Source: Mobula hypostoma
Taxonomy: Eukaryota
Direction of reading: 5' to 3'
Length of the DNA: 64,000 bases
NCBI RefSeq assembly: GCF_963921235.1
Contig: NC_086101.1
Location: 190,526,001 to 190,590,000, forward strand
This document shows, piece after piece, positions 10,265 to 22,780 of this stretch (its first letter is position 1; every line of letters begins with the position of its first letter). The notes under the pieces were generated by a model. It was given only the letters and a program-made list of their open reading frames with translations, was not told the origin of the DNA and did no database searches. The translations under genes were made by a program, and so were the position numbers.

Positions 10265-12524
10265 TCTTAAATGACTACTGCAGCTGCTTCAACCATTTCC
10301 TCTGGCAGCTCGTTCTATATATACCACCCTCTGGCTGAAAACGTGACCCCTCATCTTTCCCCTCTCACCCTAAACCGATGCCTCACAGTTACAGTCCAGC
10401 CAGTGAAGCACTTGACAAAGTATGTTGTAATTGTGGGATACCGGAATCACTCAGTGCCCTAACGCACCCACACATTCATTTGCAACTAAGTGTGCATCCA
10501 CACCGAGCAAGAAGCAAGTTTCTCTTTTATGTTAAAGATTTAAAAGATTAGCTTTATTTGACACGTGTACATTGAACCATATAGTGAAATGCGTTGTTTG
10601 CATTGACGACCAACAAACCACGAGGATGTTCCACGGGGAGACCGCAAGAGTTGCCAGGCTTTCGGCATCAACTTAGTGTTTCCATAACTTACTCGCCCTA
10701 AAGTTTAAGAGACTACTAGACAGATACATGGAGGAATTTAAAGTGGGGGGGGGGTATATGGGAGGCAGGGTTTAAGGGTCGGCGCAACGTTTCGGGCCGA
10801 AGGGCCTGTAACGTGCTGTACTATTCTATGTTCTATGTTCTAACCCTGTGGAGTCTGTGGAGTATGGGAGAAATCCAGAGCACCGGAAGAAGATCCATGC
10901 TGTCTCGGGGAGAATGTACAAACGTTCACGTTATTGAGAGTTTCTGGTCGCTCCTTTTCTCGTTGCTGTTTTGTGCGATTTTGATCCGGACGGACTACCG
11001 CTGTCGCCAGCAAATAGCGGCGCAAGATTGACGTGAACTGAATACGCCTGGACTCTCAGGATGTCTTTGTGATTTCCTGTTTTGCGTTCTGCGTGTCTCA
11101 CTCTTCTTTGCCGTTTGCGCGATTTGTTCTTTTTTTTTGCTCATGGGGGTTTGATGTTTTCCTCTAAATGGGCTCCTGGGTTTCTTTGTTTCGTGGCTGT
11201 CTGCGGGGAAGAGGAATCTCAGAGTTGAGTACTGAATATATACTCCTATAATAAATGTACTGTGAAGCTTGAACTCCTTGCGGACGGCAACGGGAATTGA
11301 ACCCCGATCAGTGATCACTGGCGCTGTAAAGTGCTTGCGCTAACCACAATACTCCTTCAACACAACTCTGGGTATTTGCTGGACCGTGTCAAGAATCGAA
11401 CCCGTGTCCCTGGCGCTACAAAGTGCACCCTCAGTGCTATACAGTACTAGCGTGCCATTAATCATCCGCAGAGTGGCAAATGTTGGTTGGTTACGGTACA
11501 GTCTGATCATACAGTTCGTCTGCCTCTAGTTCTCCGCTTGTCCTCAGGACATTGACTCAACGTTGTGCTGCACCTGAGTCACATGTCTGCCCAGGGCAGA
11601 TCAGGCGGCCACCTTCCCGAAGGACACTTAAATCACCGAGGTTTTACAGCAATGCCACAGATTCACATGGTTGTTTTTTTTAATATCAGATTTCAGCGGA
11701 CGGACGGGTTACTGCACCATTTAGTTTTAATAGCGGCAGTAAAATGCACACGTGGTTAGTTTAAGATTAGCCGAGAGCACTTCCACAGCGACACGGTCTG
11801 ATTTAAAGGGTTAGGTTCTCAGGGGACTGCAGGAAAAGCTGAGACACACTCGTTTTGGAAACAAAGACCTGTGCTCAAAATAATTTACCAATTCCTGATG
11901 AAGGGTCTCGGCCCGATAAGTCGACTGTTATTCATTTCCATGATCTGCTGAGTTCCTCCAGCATTTTGTGTGCCTTGCTCTGAATTTCCAGCATCTGCAA
12001 AATCTCTTGTGTATGTACTCAAATGGTGCCTTTCAGGAATTTCCCTTGCATACCCCAGCCGGCGAAATAATTTACAAAGTGTACTCATTGTAAATACTGG
12101 AATTGTTCTGCGCATCTGACCATAATCCCAACCTCAATAAATAACCTTTATTCAAATAACCTATCACCCCTTCTCTTCTCCTCACCTGTCCATCACCTCC
12201 CACGGTCCGCTGTCCTCTCCTATCAGATTCCTTCTGCTTCAACCCTTTACCTCTTCCACCGATTCCACACCCCCCCCCCCGCTTCTTACTTCATACTCCC
12301 TTCCCCACCTGTTATATTTTCTAACTGCAGAACCGAATTGAAAGAAAATCACAGGAGCCAGGATTATTCGTTTACTTAGTTTCTTTACTTTAGTGAGGCA
12401 CACAGGAATGACACGGTGGTACAATCAGGTATGCTATTTACATACGTCTTACTTATAACTCGTAATGACTTATGTAGCAAAGAATACTTAATCAAACAAT
12501 ATATTTGCAATAGGACCAATCAAG

Positions 12525-14100
12525 TGTGACAGATGACACAAAGATTGGAGGCGTTGTGGATAGTGTGCAGGGCTGTCAGAGGTTACAGCGGGACATCGAT
12601 AGGATGCAAAACTGGGCTGAGAAGCGGCAGATGGAGTTCAACCCAGGTAAGTGTGAGGTGTAAATATGAGGAATTCTGCAGGTGCTGGAAATTCAAGCAA
12701 CACACATCAAAGTTGCTGGTGAACGCAGCAGGCCAGGCAGCATCTCTAGGAAGAGGTACAGTCGACGTTTCGGGCCAAGAACCTTTGTCAGGACTATCTG
12801 AAGGAAGAGCTAGTGAGAGATTTGAAAGTGGGGGAGGAGGGAGATCTGAAATGATAGGAGAAGACAGGAGGGGGAGGGATGGAGCTGGACGGGTGATTGG
12901 CAAAAGGGATATGAGAGGATCATGGGACAGGAGGCCCAGGGAGAAGAAAAAGGGGGAGGGAGGGAAAAACCCAGAGGATGGGCAAGGGGTGTAGTCAGAG
13001 GGACAGAGGGAGAAAAAGGAGAGAGAGAGAAAGAATGTGTGTATATAAATAAACAATGGATGGGGTACGAGGGGGAGGTGGGGCATTAGCGGAAGTTAGA
13101 GAAGTCAATGTTCATGCCATCAGGTTGGAGGCTACCCAGAGGGAATATAAGGTGTTGTTCCTCCAACCTGAGTGTGGCTTCATCTTTACAGTAGAGGAGG
13201 CCATGGATAGATATATCAGAATGGGAATGGGATGTGGAATTAAAATGCGTGGCCACTGGGAGATCCTGCTTTCTCTGGCGGACAGAGCGTAGGTGTTCAG
13301 CAGAGCGGTCTCCCAGTCTGCGTCGGGTCTCACCAATATATAGAAGGCCACATCGGGAGCACCAGACGCAGTATATAAGTTTGAGGTGGTTCATTTTGGT
13401 AGGTCAAATATGATGGCAGAATATAGTATTAAAGGTAAGACTCTTGGCAGAGTGGAGGATCAGAGGGGTCTTGGGGTCTGAGTCCATAGGACACTCAAAG
13501 ATGCTGTGCAGGTTGACTGTGTGGCTAAGAAGGCATGCAGTGTATTGGCCCTCATCAACCATGGGACTGAGTTTAAGAGCCAAGAGGTAATTTTACAGCT
13601 TTATAGGATCCTGGTCAGACCCCACATGGAGTACTGTGTTCAATTCTGGTCACCTCACCACTGGAAGGATGTGGTAACTACAGAAAGGGTACAGAAGAGA
13701 TTTACAAGGATTTTGCCTGGATTGGAGAGCATGCCCTATGATAATAGGTTGAGTGAACTTGGCCTTTTCTCCTTGGAGTGATGGAGGATGAGAGGTGACC
13801 TGATAGAGGTGTATAAGATGATGAGAGGCATTGATCATGTGGATAGTGAGAGGCTTTTTCCCAGGACTGAAATGGCTAACACAAGAGGGCACAGTTGTTT
13901 GGAAGTAGGTACAGAGGATATGTCAGGGGTAAGTCTTTTATGCAGAGTGTGGTGAGTGTGTGGAATGGGCTGTGGTGACGGTGGTGGAGGCAGATACAAC
14001 TGGGTCTTTTAAGAGACTCCTGGATAGGCACATGGAGCTTAGAAAAATAGAGGGCTATGGATAACCTTAGGTAATTTCTAAAGTAAGGACATGTTCTAAA
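12525..14100 (+). mobile_element. 5'-truncated CR1 LINE interrupted by a PLE
   Basis: CR1 RT (DCVAKKACSVLALIN...HMEYCVQFWSP) resumes exactly after the PLE insertion. Confidence 0.85.
12661..13375 (-). mobile_element. PLE 3' fragment (GIY-YIG plus pseudo-LTR) nested in CR1
   Basis: IYCVWCSRCGLLYIGETRRRLGDRSAEHL...H..H motif; TSD taagtgtgaggtg (12648-12660) / taagtttgaggtg (13376-13388); hammerhead core mutated (CTGACAA). Confidence 0.92.
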
Positions 14101-14104
14101 GTAA

Positions 14105-15500
14105 GGATATGTCTGTGGTGGAAAAGCTGTTGGAAAAGATTCTTGGAGATAGGATCTATGGGCACTTAGAGAATCATGGTCTGATCAGGGACAGTCAGCA
14201 TGGCTTTGTGAAGGGCAGATCGTGTCTAACAAGCCTGATAGAGTTCTTTGAGGAGGTGACCAGGCATATAGATGAGGGTAGTGCAGTGGATGTGATCTAT
14301 ATGGATATTAGTAAGGCATTTGACAAGGTTCCACATGGTAGGCTTATTCAGAAAGTAAGAAGGCATGGGATCCAGTGAAGTTTGGCCAGGTGGATTCAGA
14401 ACTGGCTTGCCTGCAGAAGGCAGAGGGTGGTGGTGGAGGGAGTACATTCAGATTGGAGGATTGTGACTAGTGGTGTCCCACAAGTATCTATTCTGGGACC
14501 TCTACTTTTCGTGATTTTTATTAACGACCTGGATGTGGGGGTAGTAGGGTGGATTGGCAAGTTTGCAGACGACACAAAGGTTGGTGGTGTTGTGGATAGT
14601 GTAGAGGATTGTCAAAGATTGCAGAGAGACATTGATAGGATGCAGAAGTGGGCTGAGAAGTGGCAGATGGAGTTCAACCCAGAGAAGTGTGAGGTGGTAC
14701 ACTTTGGAAGGACAAACTCCGAGGCAGAGTACAAAGTAAATGGCAGGATACTTGGTAGTGTGCAGGAGCAGAGGGATCTCGGGGTACATGTCCACAGATC
14801 CCTGAAAGTTGCCTCACAGGTGGATAGGGTAGTTAAGAAAGCTTATGGGGTGTTAGCTTTCATAAGTCGAGGGATAGAGTTTAAGAGTCGCGATGTAATG
14901 ATGCAGCTCTATAAAACTCTGGTTAGGCCACACTTGGAATACTGTGTCCAGTTCTGGTCACCTCACTATAGGAAGGATGTGGAAGCATTGGAAAGGGTAC
15001 AGAGGAGATTTATCAGGATGCTGCCTCATTTAGAGAGTATGAATTATGATCAGAGATTAAGGGAGCTAGGGCTTTACTCTTTGGAGAGAAGGAGGATGAG
15101 AGGAGACATGATAGAGGTGTACAAGATAATAAGAGGAATAGATAGAGTGGATAGCCAGTGCCTCTTCTCAATACAAGAGGGCATGGCTTTTAGGTAAGGG
15201 GTGGGAGGTTCAAGGGGGATATTAGAGGAAGGTTTTTTACTCAGAGAGTGGTTGGTGCATGGAATGCACTGCCTGAGTCAGTGGTGGAGGCAGATACACT
15301 AGTGAAGTTTAAGAGACTACTAGACAGGTTTATGGAGGAATTTAAGGTGGGGGGTTATATGGGAGGCAGGATCTGAGGGTCGGCACAACATTGTGGGCGG
15401 AAGGGCCTGTACTGTGCTGTACTATTCTACATTCGGTTCAGCTTTGGGGCCGAAGGGCCTGTATTGTGCTGTAGGCTTTCTATGTTTCTATGTTTCTAAT
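14105..15500 (+). mobile_element. CR1 LINE, RT domain to 3' tail
   Basis: QHGFVKGRSCLTSL, KAFDKVPH, GVPQ.SILGP.LF, FADDT, LEYCVQFWSP; (TTCTATGT)n tail at ~15477-15497. Confidence 0.93.
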
Positions 15501-17364
15501 ATTATTCACATATTTATGAAACATTAAATACACTACCCCACTCCTCCCTCACCTGCTTTTACGTACAACTTCCCAGCTTGTAGTTCCCCCACCCCATCTT
15601 CTTATTCTGGCTTCTGCCCCCTTCCTTCCCATCCTGAAGAAGGGTCTCAGCCCAAAACATCGACTGTTTGTCCCCTTCCCTAGATGGTGTCCGACCAGCA
15701 GAGTTCCTCAGGCATTTTATGGGCGTGCTCAACATTTCCAGCATCCTGTGCTTCACTGTCCCATGCAATACACTGAACTCAGATGACCAGGCAGCGTCAG
15801 TGGGGAGGAGGAAAAGAAATTGTCGACATTTCATGTGGAAACCTTGCATCAGAACTCATCAGGTCCTGACGCAGGGTTTGAACCAGATGGTTGATAATTC
15901 CTTTCCCCACCGCGCCCCCCTCCACCACAGCCACTCGACCCGCTGAGTTCCTCAAGCCGATTGTGTGTTGCTTCAGATCGGAAGACCATAAGACAAAGGA
16001 GCAGAATTAGGCTATTTGGCCCATCCCAGCACCTGCAGTCTCCTGTGACTCCGCTGTGCTTGTTAAAGACACAAGATTGGGCATTATTTGTCACACCTAC
16101 ATGGAAAGTTACAGTGAAATGCTTCATTTGTGTCAATGGCCGACACAGTCCGAGGATGTGCTGCGGGCATGTGTCACCACGCTTCCAATGCCAACATGGC
16201 ATTCCTCAACTCTTAACCCTAAACCCATCCGTCTTCGGAATGTGGGAGGAAGCCGGGGCACCTGGAGGAAACTCACGCGGTCACGAGGAGATAATATAAA
16301 CACCTTACAGACAGTGGTAGGAATTGATTCTTTGTCTGGAATTGCTGACGCTGTGAAGCGTTCTGCTCGCCGCTACTCTACCGTGCAACCCCATACTTGT
16401 TCTATTTTCTGTGTTTATCATCAAGGCTCTGAATTCCCATCTGTTCATAGCTAGCCGGAATAATTGGCGCGATTAATGACAGAGGCAGGCCGGACACCCG
16501 AATGCAGTTTCCACACCAGACTCCGATGGTTTCTGTAATGTTATCAGTGTGGTACTAGATGGCGCCGTCTGTCTAACTTCACTCAACACGGGCTGAGCGC
16601 ATTTTAGAAATGCAAACGGGGATCCACCTCGGCGAGACCACAATCTCACCGCAAAATTTCATTCATGTCGGTTGTCGCCTTCATTGACAGACAGAACAAT
16701 TCAGGTCACACCTATCGGAAGGGAAACAGTGACGCGAGAGATTTCTGCAGACACTGGAAACTTTGAGCAACAAACGCAAAATATTGGACGAACTCAGCAG
16801 GCCAGGCAGCATTTATGGAGAGGAACAGAGGAGATGTCGGGGAAAGTTTTTTACACAGAGAGTGGTGAGTGCGCGGGATGGGCTGCCGGCCACATTGGTG
16901 GAGGTGGATATGATAGGGTCTTTTAAGACACTCTTGGACCGGTACATGGAGCTCAGAAAAACAGTGCTGTGGGTAACCCTGGGTAATTTCTAAGTTAAGG
17001 ACATGTTCGGCACAGCTTTGAGGGCCGAAGGGCCTGTATTGTGTTGTAGGTTTCCTGTGTTTCTATGAATAAACAGTCGACGCTGAGACCTTCATCAGCA
17101 CTGGAAAGGAAGGCGGCAGAAGCCGGAATAAGAAGGTGGGAGAGGGGAAGGAGTACAGTCTGGTAGGTGATAGGTCAGACCAGATGAGGCAGAAGAAATA
17201 AGAATCTGGGAGGTGTTGGCTGAAAGAGGTAATCAGGTAAAGGAGCAATCTAATAGCAGAGGACAGTGGACCATGAAAGAAAGTGGGACACCACATTTTT
17301 GTTCTGGCTTCTGCCTCTCTCCTCTTCAGTCCTTATGCAGGGTCTCAGCCCAAGCTATCAGCTG

Positions 17365-17705
17365 TGCCTACCACCACAATAGGTCTACAGTGGACACCAT
17401 GTCAATGGCTCTTTACACAGCCTTATCACCTGGACAATACAACCGCCTATGTCGGGATGCTGTTCATTGACTATAGCCCAGCCGTTAACACCATCATTCC
17501 CACAGTCCTGATTGATAAGCTACAGAACCTTTGTCTCTGCAATTGGATCCTCAACTAGAAGACCACATTCTGTGTGGATTGGTGATAATATCTCCTCCTT
17601 GCTGATGATCAGCACTGGTGCGCCTCAGGGGTGTGTGCTTAGCCCACTGATCTACTCTCTCTAAACTTTGTGGCCATCTACAGCTCAAAAGCCATCTATA
17701 AATTT
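17365..17705 (+). mobile_element. Rex1/Babar RT fragment
   Basis: [37 protein letters not shown]. Confidence 0.75.
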
Positions 17706-17715
17706 GCTGATGATA

Positions 17716-19770
17716 CAAAACACACTAATAATGGTAGAACAGTGGATGCAGTGTACATGGATGTCAGTAAGGCATTTGATAAGGTTCCCCTTGCAAAGCT
17801 CATTCAGAAAGTAAGGAGGCATGGGATCCAAGGGGACATTGCTTTGTGGATCCAGAATTGGCTTGCCCACAGAAGGCAAAGGGTGGTTGTAAATGGTTCG
17901 TATTCTGCAGGGAGGACAGTGGCCAGTTATGTTCCACAGGGATCTGTTCTGGGACCCCTCCTCTTTGTGACTTTTATAATTGACCTTGATAAGGAAGTAG
18001 AAGGGTGGGTTAGTAAGTTTGCTGGTGACACAAAGGTTGGGGGTGCTGTGGATAGTCTGGAGGATTGTCAGAGGTTACAGCAGGACATCGATAGGATGCA
18101 GAACTGGGCTGAGAAGTGGCAGTTGGAGTTCAACCCAGGTAAGTGTGAAGTGGTTCATTTTGGTAGGTCAAATTTGAAGACAGCTGATAGCTGTCAAAAA
18201 AAAAAATCAGAAGTCACTTCTACCAGATGGTGTACACCCCAGAGGTCTGAAGGAGGTGGCCAAAGCGATTGTGGAGACATTAATAATGATCTTTCAAGAA
18301 TGACTAGATTCAAGAATGGTTCTGGAGGACTGGAAAATTTCAAATGTCACTCCACCCTTCAAGAAGGGAGGGAGCCAGAAGAAGGAAAACTATAGGCCCG
18401 TTTGTCTGACCTCAGCAGTTGAGAAGATGTTGGAGTCGATTATTAAGGATGAGGTCTCAGGGTACTTTGAGGCGCATGATAAAATAGGTTGTAGTCTTCA
18501 TGGCTTCCTCAAGGAAAATCTTGCCTGACAAATCTGTCGGGATTCTTTGAAGAAGTGACAAGCAGGATAGACAAAGGAGAATAGATTGATGTTGGTTACT
18601 TGGATCTTCAGAAGGTCTTTGACAAGGTGCCACACATGAGGCTTCTTAACAAGCTACAGTCCCATGGTATTACAGGGAAGATTCTGGCATGGATAAAGCA
18701 GTGGCTAATTGGCAGGAGGCAAAGAGTGGGAATAAAGGGAGTTCTTTCTGGCTGCCAGTGACTAGTGGAGTTCCACAGGGGTCTGTTTTGGGACTGATTC
18801 TTTTTACGTTATATGTCAATGATATGGATAATGGAACTGATGGCTTTGTTGCAAAGTTTGCAGAGGATATGAAGATAGGTGGAGGGGCAGGAAGTTATGA
18901 GGAAGTAGAAGCTACAGAAAGACTTAGACAAATAAGGAGAATGGGTAAAGAAATGACAGATGGAATATAGTGTCAGGAAGTGTATGGTCATGCATTTTGG
19001 TAGAAGAATCGGAGGGGTTGACTATTTACTAAGTGGAAAGAAAATACAAAAACTGAGGTGCAAGGGGACTTGAAAGTCCTTGTGCACGATTCCCTGAAGA
19101 TTAATCTACCAGTTGAGTCAGTGGTGAGATAGGTAAATGCAATGTTAGTATTCATTTCAAGTGGACTAGAATATCAAACCAAGGATGCCATGTTGAAACT
19201 TCATAAGACACTGGTGAGGCCTCACTTGGAGTATTGTGAGCAGGTTTGGGCCCCTTATCTTAGAAAGGATGTGCTGAAACTGGAGAGGTTTCAAAGGAGG
19301 TTCGTGAAAATGATTCCAGGATTGAGTGGTTTGTCATATGAAGAGTGTCTGATGGCTCTGGGCCTGTGTTCACTAGAATTCAGAAGAATGAGGGGTGACC
19401 TCATTGAAACCTATTGAATGGTGAAAGGCCTTGATAGAGTAGATGTGGAGAGGATGTTTCCTATGTTGGGAGAGTCTAAGACCAGAGGACACAGCCTAAA
19501 AATAGATTGGCAAATAGATAAGGAGGAATATCTTTGCTCAGAAGTTGATGAATCTGTGGAATTCTTTGCTACAGGCAGCTGTGGAGGCCAAGTCTTTATG
19601 TATATTTAAGGCAGAGGTTGATAGATTCTTGATTGGTCAGGGCATGAAGGGATACGGGGAGAAGGCAGGAGATTGGGGCTGAGAGGAAAATTGGATCAGC
19701 CATGATGAAATGGTGGAGCAGACTCGATGGGCCAAATGGCCTAATTCTGCTCCTATATAACTTATGGTCT
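17716..19770 (+). mobile_element. Two abutting CR1 fragments of different subfamilies (junction at ~18180-18210)
   Basis: VDAVYMD.SKAFDKVP...FAGDTK (first fragment); DWKISNVTP.FKKG, NYRPVCLTS, LEYCEQVWAP (second). Confidence 0.85.
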
Positions 19771-20272
19771 TGTACTAGCAAAGCATTTAATAGTCTTATA
19801 ACAGCAGGGAAGAAGCTGGCTGGAACTTGGCTGGTGGTAAGAATCTGTTTTGGACATGCTTAACAAATTCCATTCTGTCTAAGCCCTTTGCTCTATAGGT
19901 GAGCCAAGTCAATATTAGGGAAATTAAAATTCTATGTGTACCTATTGCTTCATAGCTGTAGATTCTTTCAAAACCCACATCCTCTAACTCATTGGCAAGG
20001 CAAACCCAGTTTACAATGAGGCACAGCGTTCGCCAGTGATTTCTTCATTCCTTTACACTGTTGGTGTTGTTGATGCAACAGTGCAGCCCACATAGCCGGG
20101 AGGAGAAGGGATGATCGTGCACAGCTAGAGACTACACTGAACTTTGGTAATAAATTTACCTTGAACTTTGATCTCTGATTTGGACAGAAATTGGCTGACA
20201 TACACTTGTCAGGAACGGAATCTAGGGACTGTCTATAGTTGTGTGTGTTCCCTGAAACAGCAGAACCAGGTC

Positions 20273-20315
<43 letters not shown>

Positions 20316-21913
20316 TTCTCTCCTTTTAGTAATCATTCATCAGTTTTGTATGCTTTGGTTATGCCATGCATGACCATGCTTTGGAGGTGCAATAACCGAG
20401 TTGAATGATTTATGTGCATTTTCCAAATTTGTGGACAAAATCAACTTATGAACATTCATAAAAACAGAATTGGTTCATTACCCTGGGGCAGCTCATCTTT
20501 ACCCTGATGTAACAAGAGAGAATGAAGATTGTAATGTGAGCATTTCACTGTGTGTTTCAATGTTTGTGACAAGTAAGGCTAATCTTCCATCTTCAATAAA
20601 TAATATGTTTATATTACTTACTAATTAACTCCTGGTCTTCCAGCTCCTGCTAGAGAGCACATTCTAAGTTATAAGATAAACTGATTCTGAAGTGTTCAGT
20701 TTCATGAACAGCACTCAAATAATTCATGCCACATGCTGCTTTGACTGACTCAAGGCGTTATAACTGCGGCTTGTGGTTTTCATTAGATGTGGTGAAGCCA
20801 TGTCTGCAGCTTCAGTAACTCTGGGTTGAGAGAAAGGAAATAGGAGGAGGCAGCCATTCGGCCCTTCAAGTCTGTTCCACCTTCCAACATAATCATGGCT
20901 GATCATCCACTTCAAGACCCTGGCCCTGTCCCTCACCACTTCACGTGATCCCCTTTGCATTAAGCAATATGTCTACCACAAATGACTTGATGTCTGCAGT
21001 CTTCTTTGGTTCTTCTGATATTGTTGATGTATAAGGGGATAGTTGCCTACAAATGGCTGCTCAGATTGATAGGTGGTAAAGAAGGCATATTGCATGCTTG
21101 TGGTTATTGGCCAAGGCACTGAGTTTAAGAGACAGGAAGTTACGTTGCAGCTATGTTGAACACTGGTTAGGTCACTCCCTGGAGTTTTGCATACAGTCTG
21201 GTTGCCTCATTACAGGAGGGACTCGGAGCCTTTGGAGATGGTACAGAAGAGGTTCACCAGAACGCTGCCTAGATGAGAGGGCATGAACTACAAGGAAAAG
21301 TTAGACAAACTTAAGTTGTTTTCTCTGGAGCGGCAGAGGTTGAGGGGAGATCAGATAGAAGGTTATAAGATTATAAGAGACACTAGATCGCTGGTATCTT
21401 TATCCCAGAGTAGAAATGTCAAGTACCAGAGGGCATGTATTTGAGGTGGGAGGGCGGTAAGTTTAAAGGAAAAATATTTGTTTTACACAGAGGGCGATGG
21501 GTGCATGGAACATGCTTCTAGGGCTGATGGTGGAGGCAGATACAATAGAGGATCACAGATAGGTAAATGAATAAACAGAAAATGGAGGCAAATGGACCAT
21601 GTGCAGGCAGAAGGGATTTGTTTAATTGAGCATTTTTAGATTAACGAACTCAGCACAACATCATGGCTGAAGGATTGTACCTATTCCTGTGGCGTACTGT
21701 GTTCTTTTTCTGATGACTTTCCCTGTATCCCAAGGTTGCGCCTTCTGATTCCAGATGCTCCAGCCGGAAAATTCTCCCTGTGCAGTCCTGATGGGTTTCC
21801 TTGACATACACTTTCATTCTCTAACACACTCGCACACTACTGTTTGTAAAAGCAACACACATCAAAGTTGCTGGTGAACGCAGCAGGCCAGGCAGCATCT
21901 GTAGGAAGAGGTA

Positions 21914-21949
21914 CAGTCGACGTTTCAGGCCGAGACCCTTCGTCAGGAC
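21914..21949 (-). ncRNA. Minimal hammerhead ribozyme motif, left arm of fold-back element 1
   Basis: Minus strand reads GTC-CTGACGA-AGG gtctcgg CCT-GAAAC-GTC-GACTG. Confidence 0.75.
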
Positions 21950-21957
21950 CCTTCGTC

Positions 21958-21995
21958 TAGTCCTGATGAAGGGTCTCGGCCTGAAACGTCGACTG
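21958..21995 (+). ncRNA. Minimal type I hammerhead ribozyme motif; predicted cleavage after C21990
   Basis: Stem I TAGTC (21958-62) / GACTG (21991-95); CTGATGA (21963-69); stem II AGG/CCT; GAAA (21983-86); C-GTC with an ACGT palindrome for a dimeric stem III. Confidence 0.8.
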
Positions 21996-22139
21996 TACCT
22001 CTTCCTACAGATGCTGCCTGGCCTGCTGCGTTCACCAGCAACTTTGATGTGTGTTGCTTGAATTTCCAGCATCTGCAGAATTCCTGTTTGCGTTTTACTG
22101 TTTGTAAAAGCTCAGTTTCATTATCCCATGTACATTGAA

Positions 22140-22780
22140 GCATTCAAAGTTCAAAGTGCATGTATGTCACCATAAACAACACCCAGATTTGTTTTCTTGT
22201 GGGCATTCACAGTAAATCCAGGAAACAGAATAGAATCAATGAAAGACCACACACAACAGGATGGACAAACAACCCATGTGCAAAAGATAACAATCTGTGC
22301 AAATACAAAAGAGAAACAAAAAAGAAATAATAATAAATAAATAAGCAATTAATATTGAGAACGAGAATCATGAAATGAAGACTTATTGTAAGTGAGTCCA
22401 GGTTGTGGAAACAGTTCAGTTGAGTGAAGCTTCCCCTCTGGTTCGGGAACCTGATGGTTGAGGGGTAATAACTGTTCCTGAATCTGATGGTGTGGGACCT
22501 TTTTCCTGATGGCAGCAATGAGAAGAGATGGTTGGGGCCCCGGATGTTGATGCTGCTTTCCCGTGACAACGCTCCATGTAGATGTGCTCAATGGTGGGGA
22601 GGACTTTCCTGGTGTAGGACTGCGCCATATCCACTATTTTTTTGTAGGCTTTTCCATTCAAGTGTATTGGCGTTTCCATACCAGGCCATGTGGCAACTAG
22701 TCAATGTACTCTCCACTATACGTCTATAGAAGTTTGTCAAAGTTTTAGAAGTACTGATCCAAGGACTCACTGAAGACAGG
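22140..22780 (-). mobile_element. Rex1/Babar 3' fragment
   Basis: KTLTNFYRRIVESTLT, HLFSLLPSG..IRFRNSYYP and the ttgaactttg tail. Confidence 0.8.

Larger units (their letters stand above)
21854..22095. mobile_element. Non-autonomous PLE-derived fold-back element 1 with two antiparallel hammerheads
   Basis: 99-bp arms (21851-21949 / 21960-22058) with 1 mismatch and a 10-nt loop; 16-bp TSD tactgtttgtaaaagc (21838-21853 / 22096-22111). Confidence 0.9.

Noticed and set aside
17670-18395. 241-aa chimeric RT-like ORF
   Set aside because: Reads by chance across a Rex fragment and two CR1 fragments; no start context or selection evidence.
20030-20110. LHCCINNTNSV on the minus strand as a possible ATRAID exon
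   Set aside because: Followed by an in-frame stop, with no convincing splice sites and no other ATRAID motif nearby.
20330-20490. Possible Tigger/TcMar terminal remnant
   Set aside because: Too degraded; no matching second TIR or TA TSD found.
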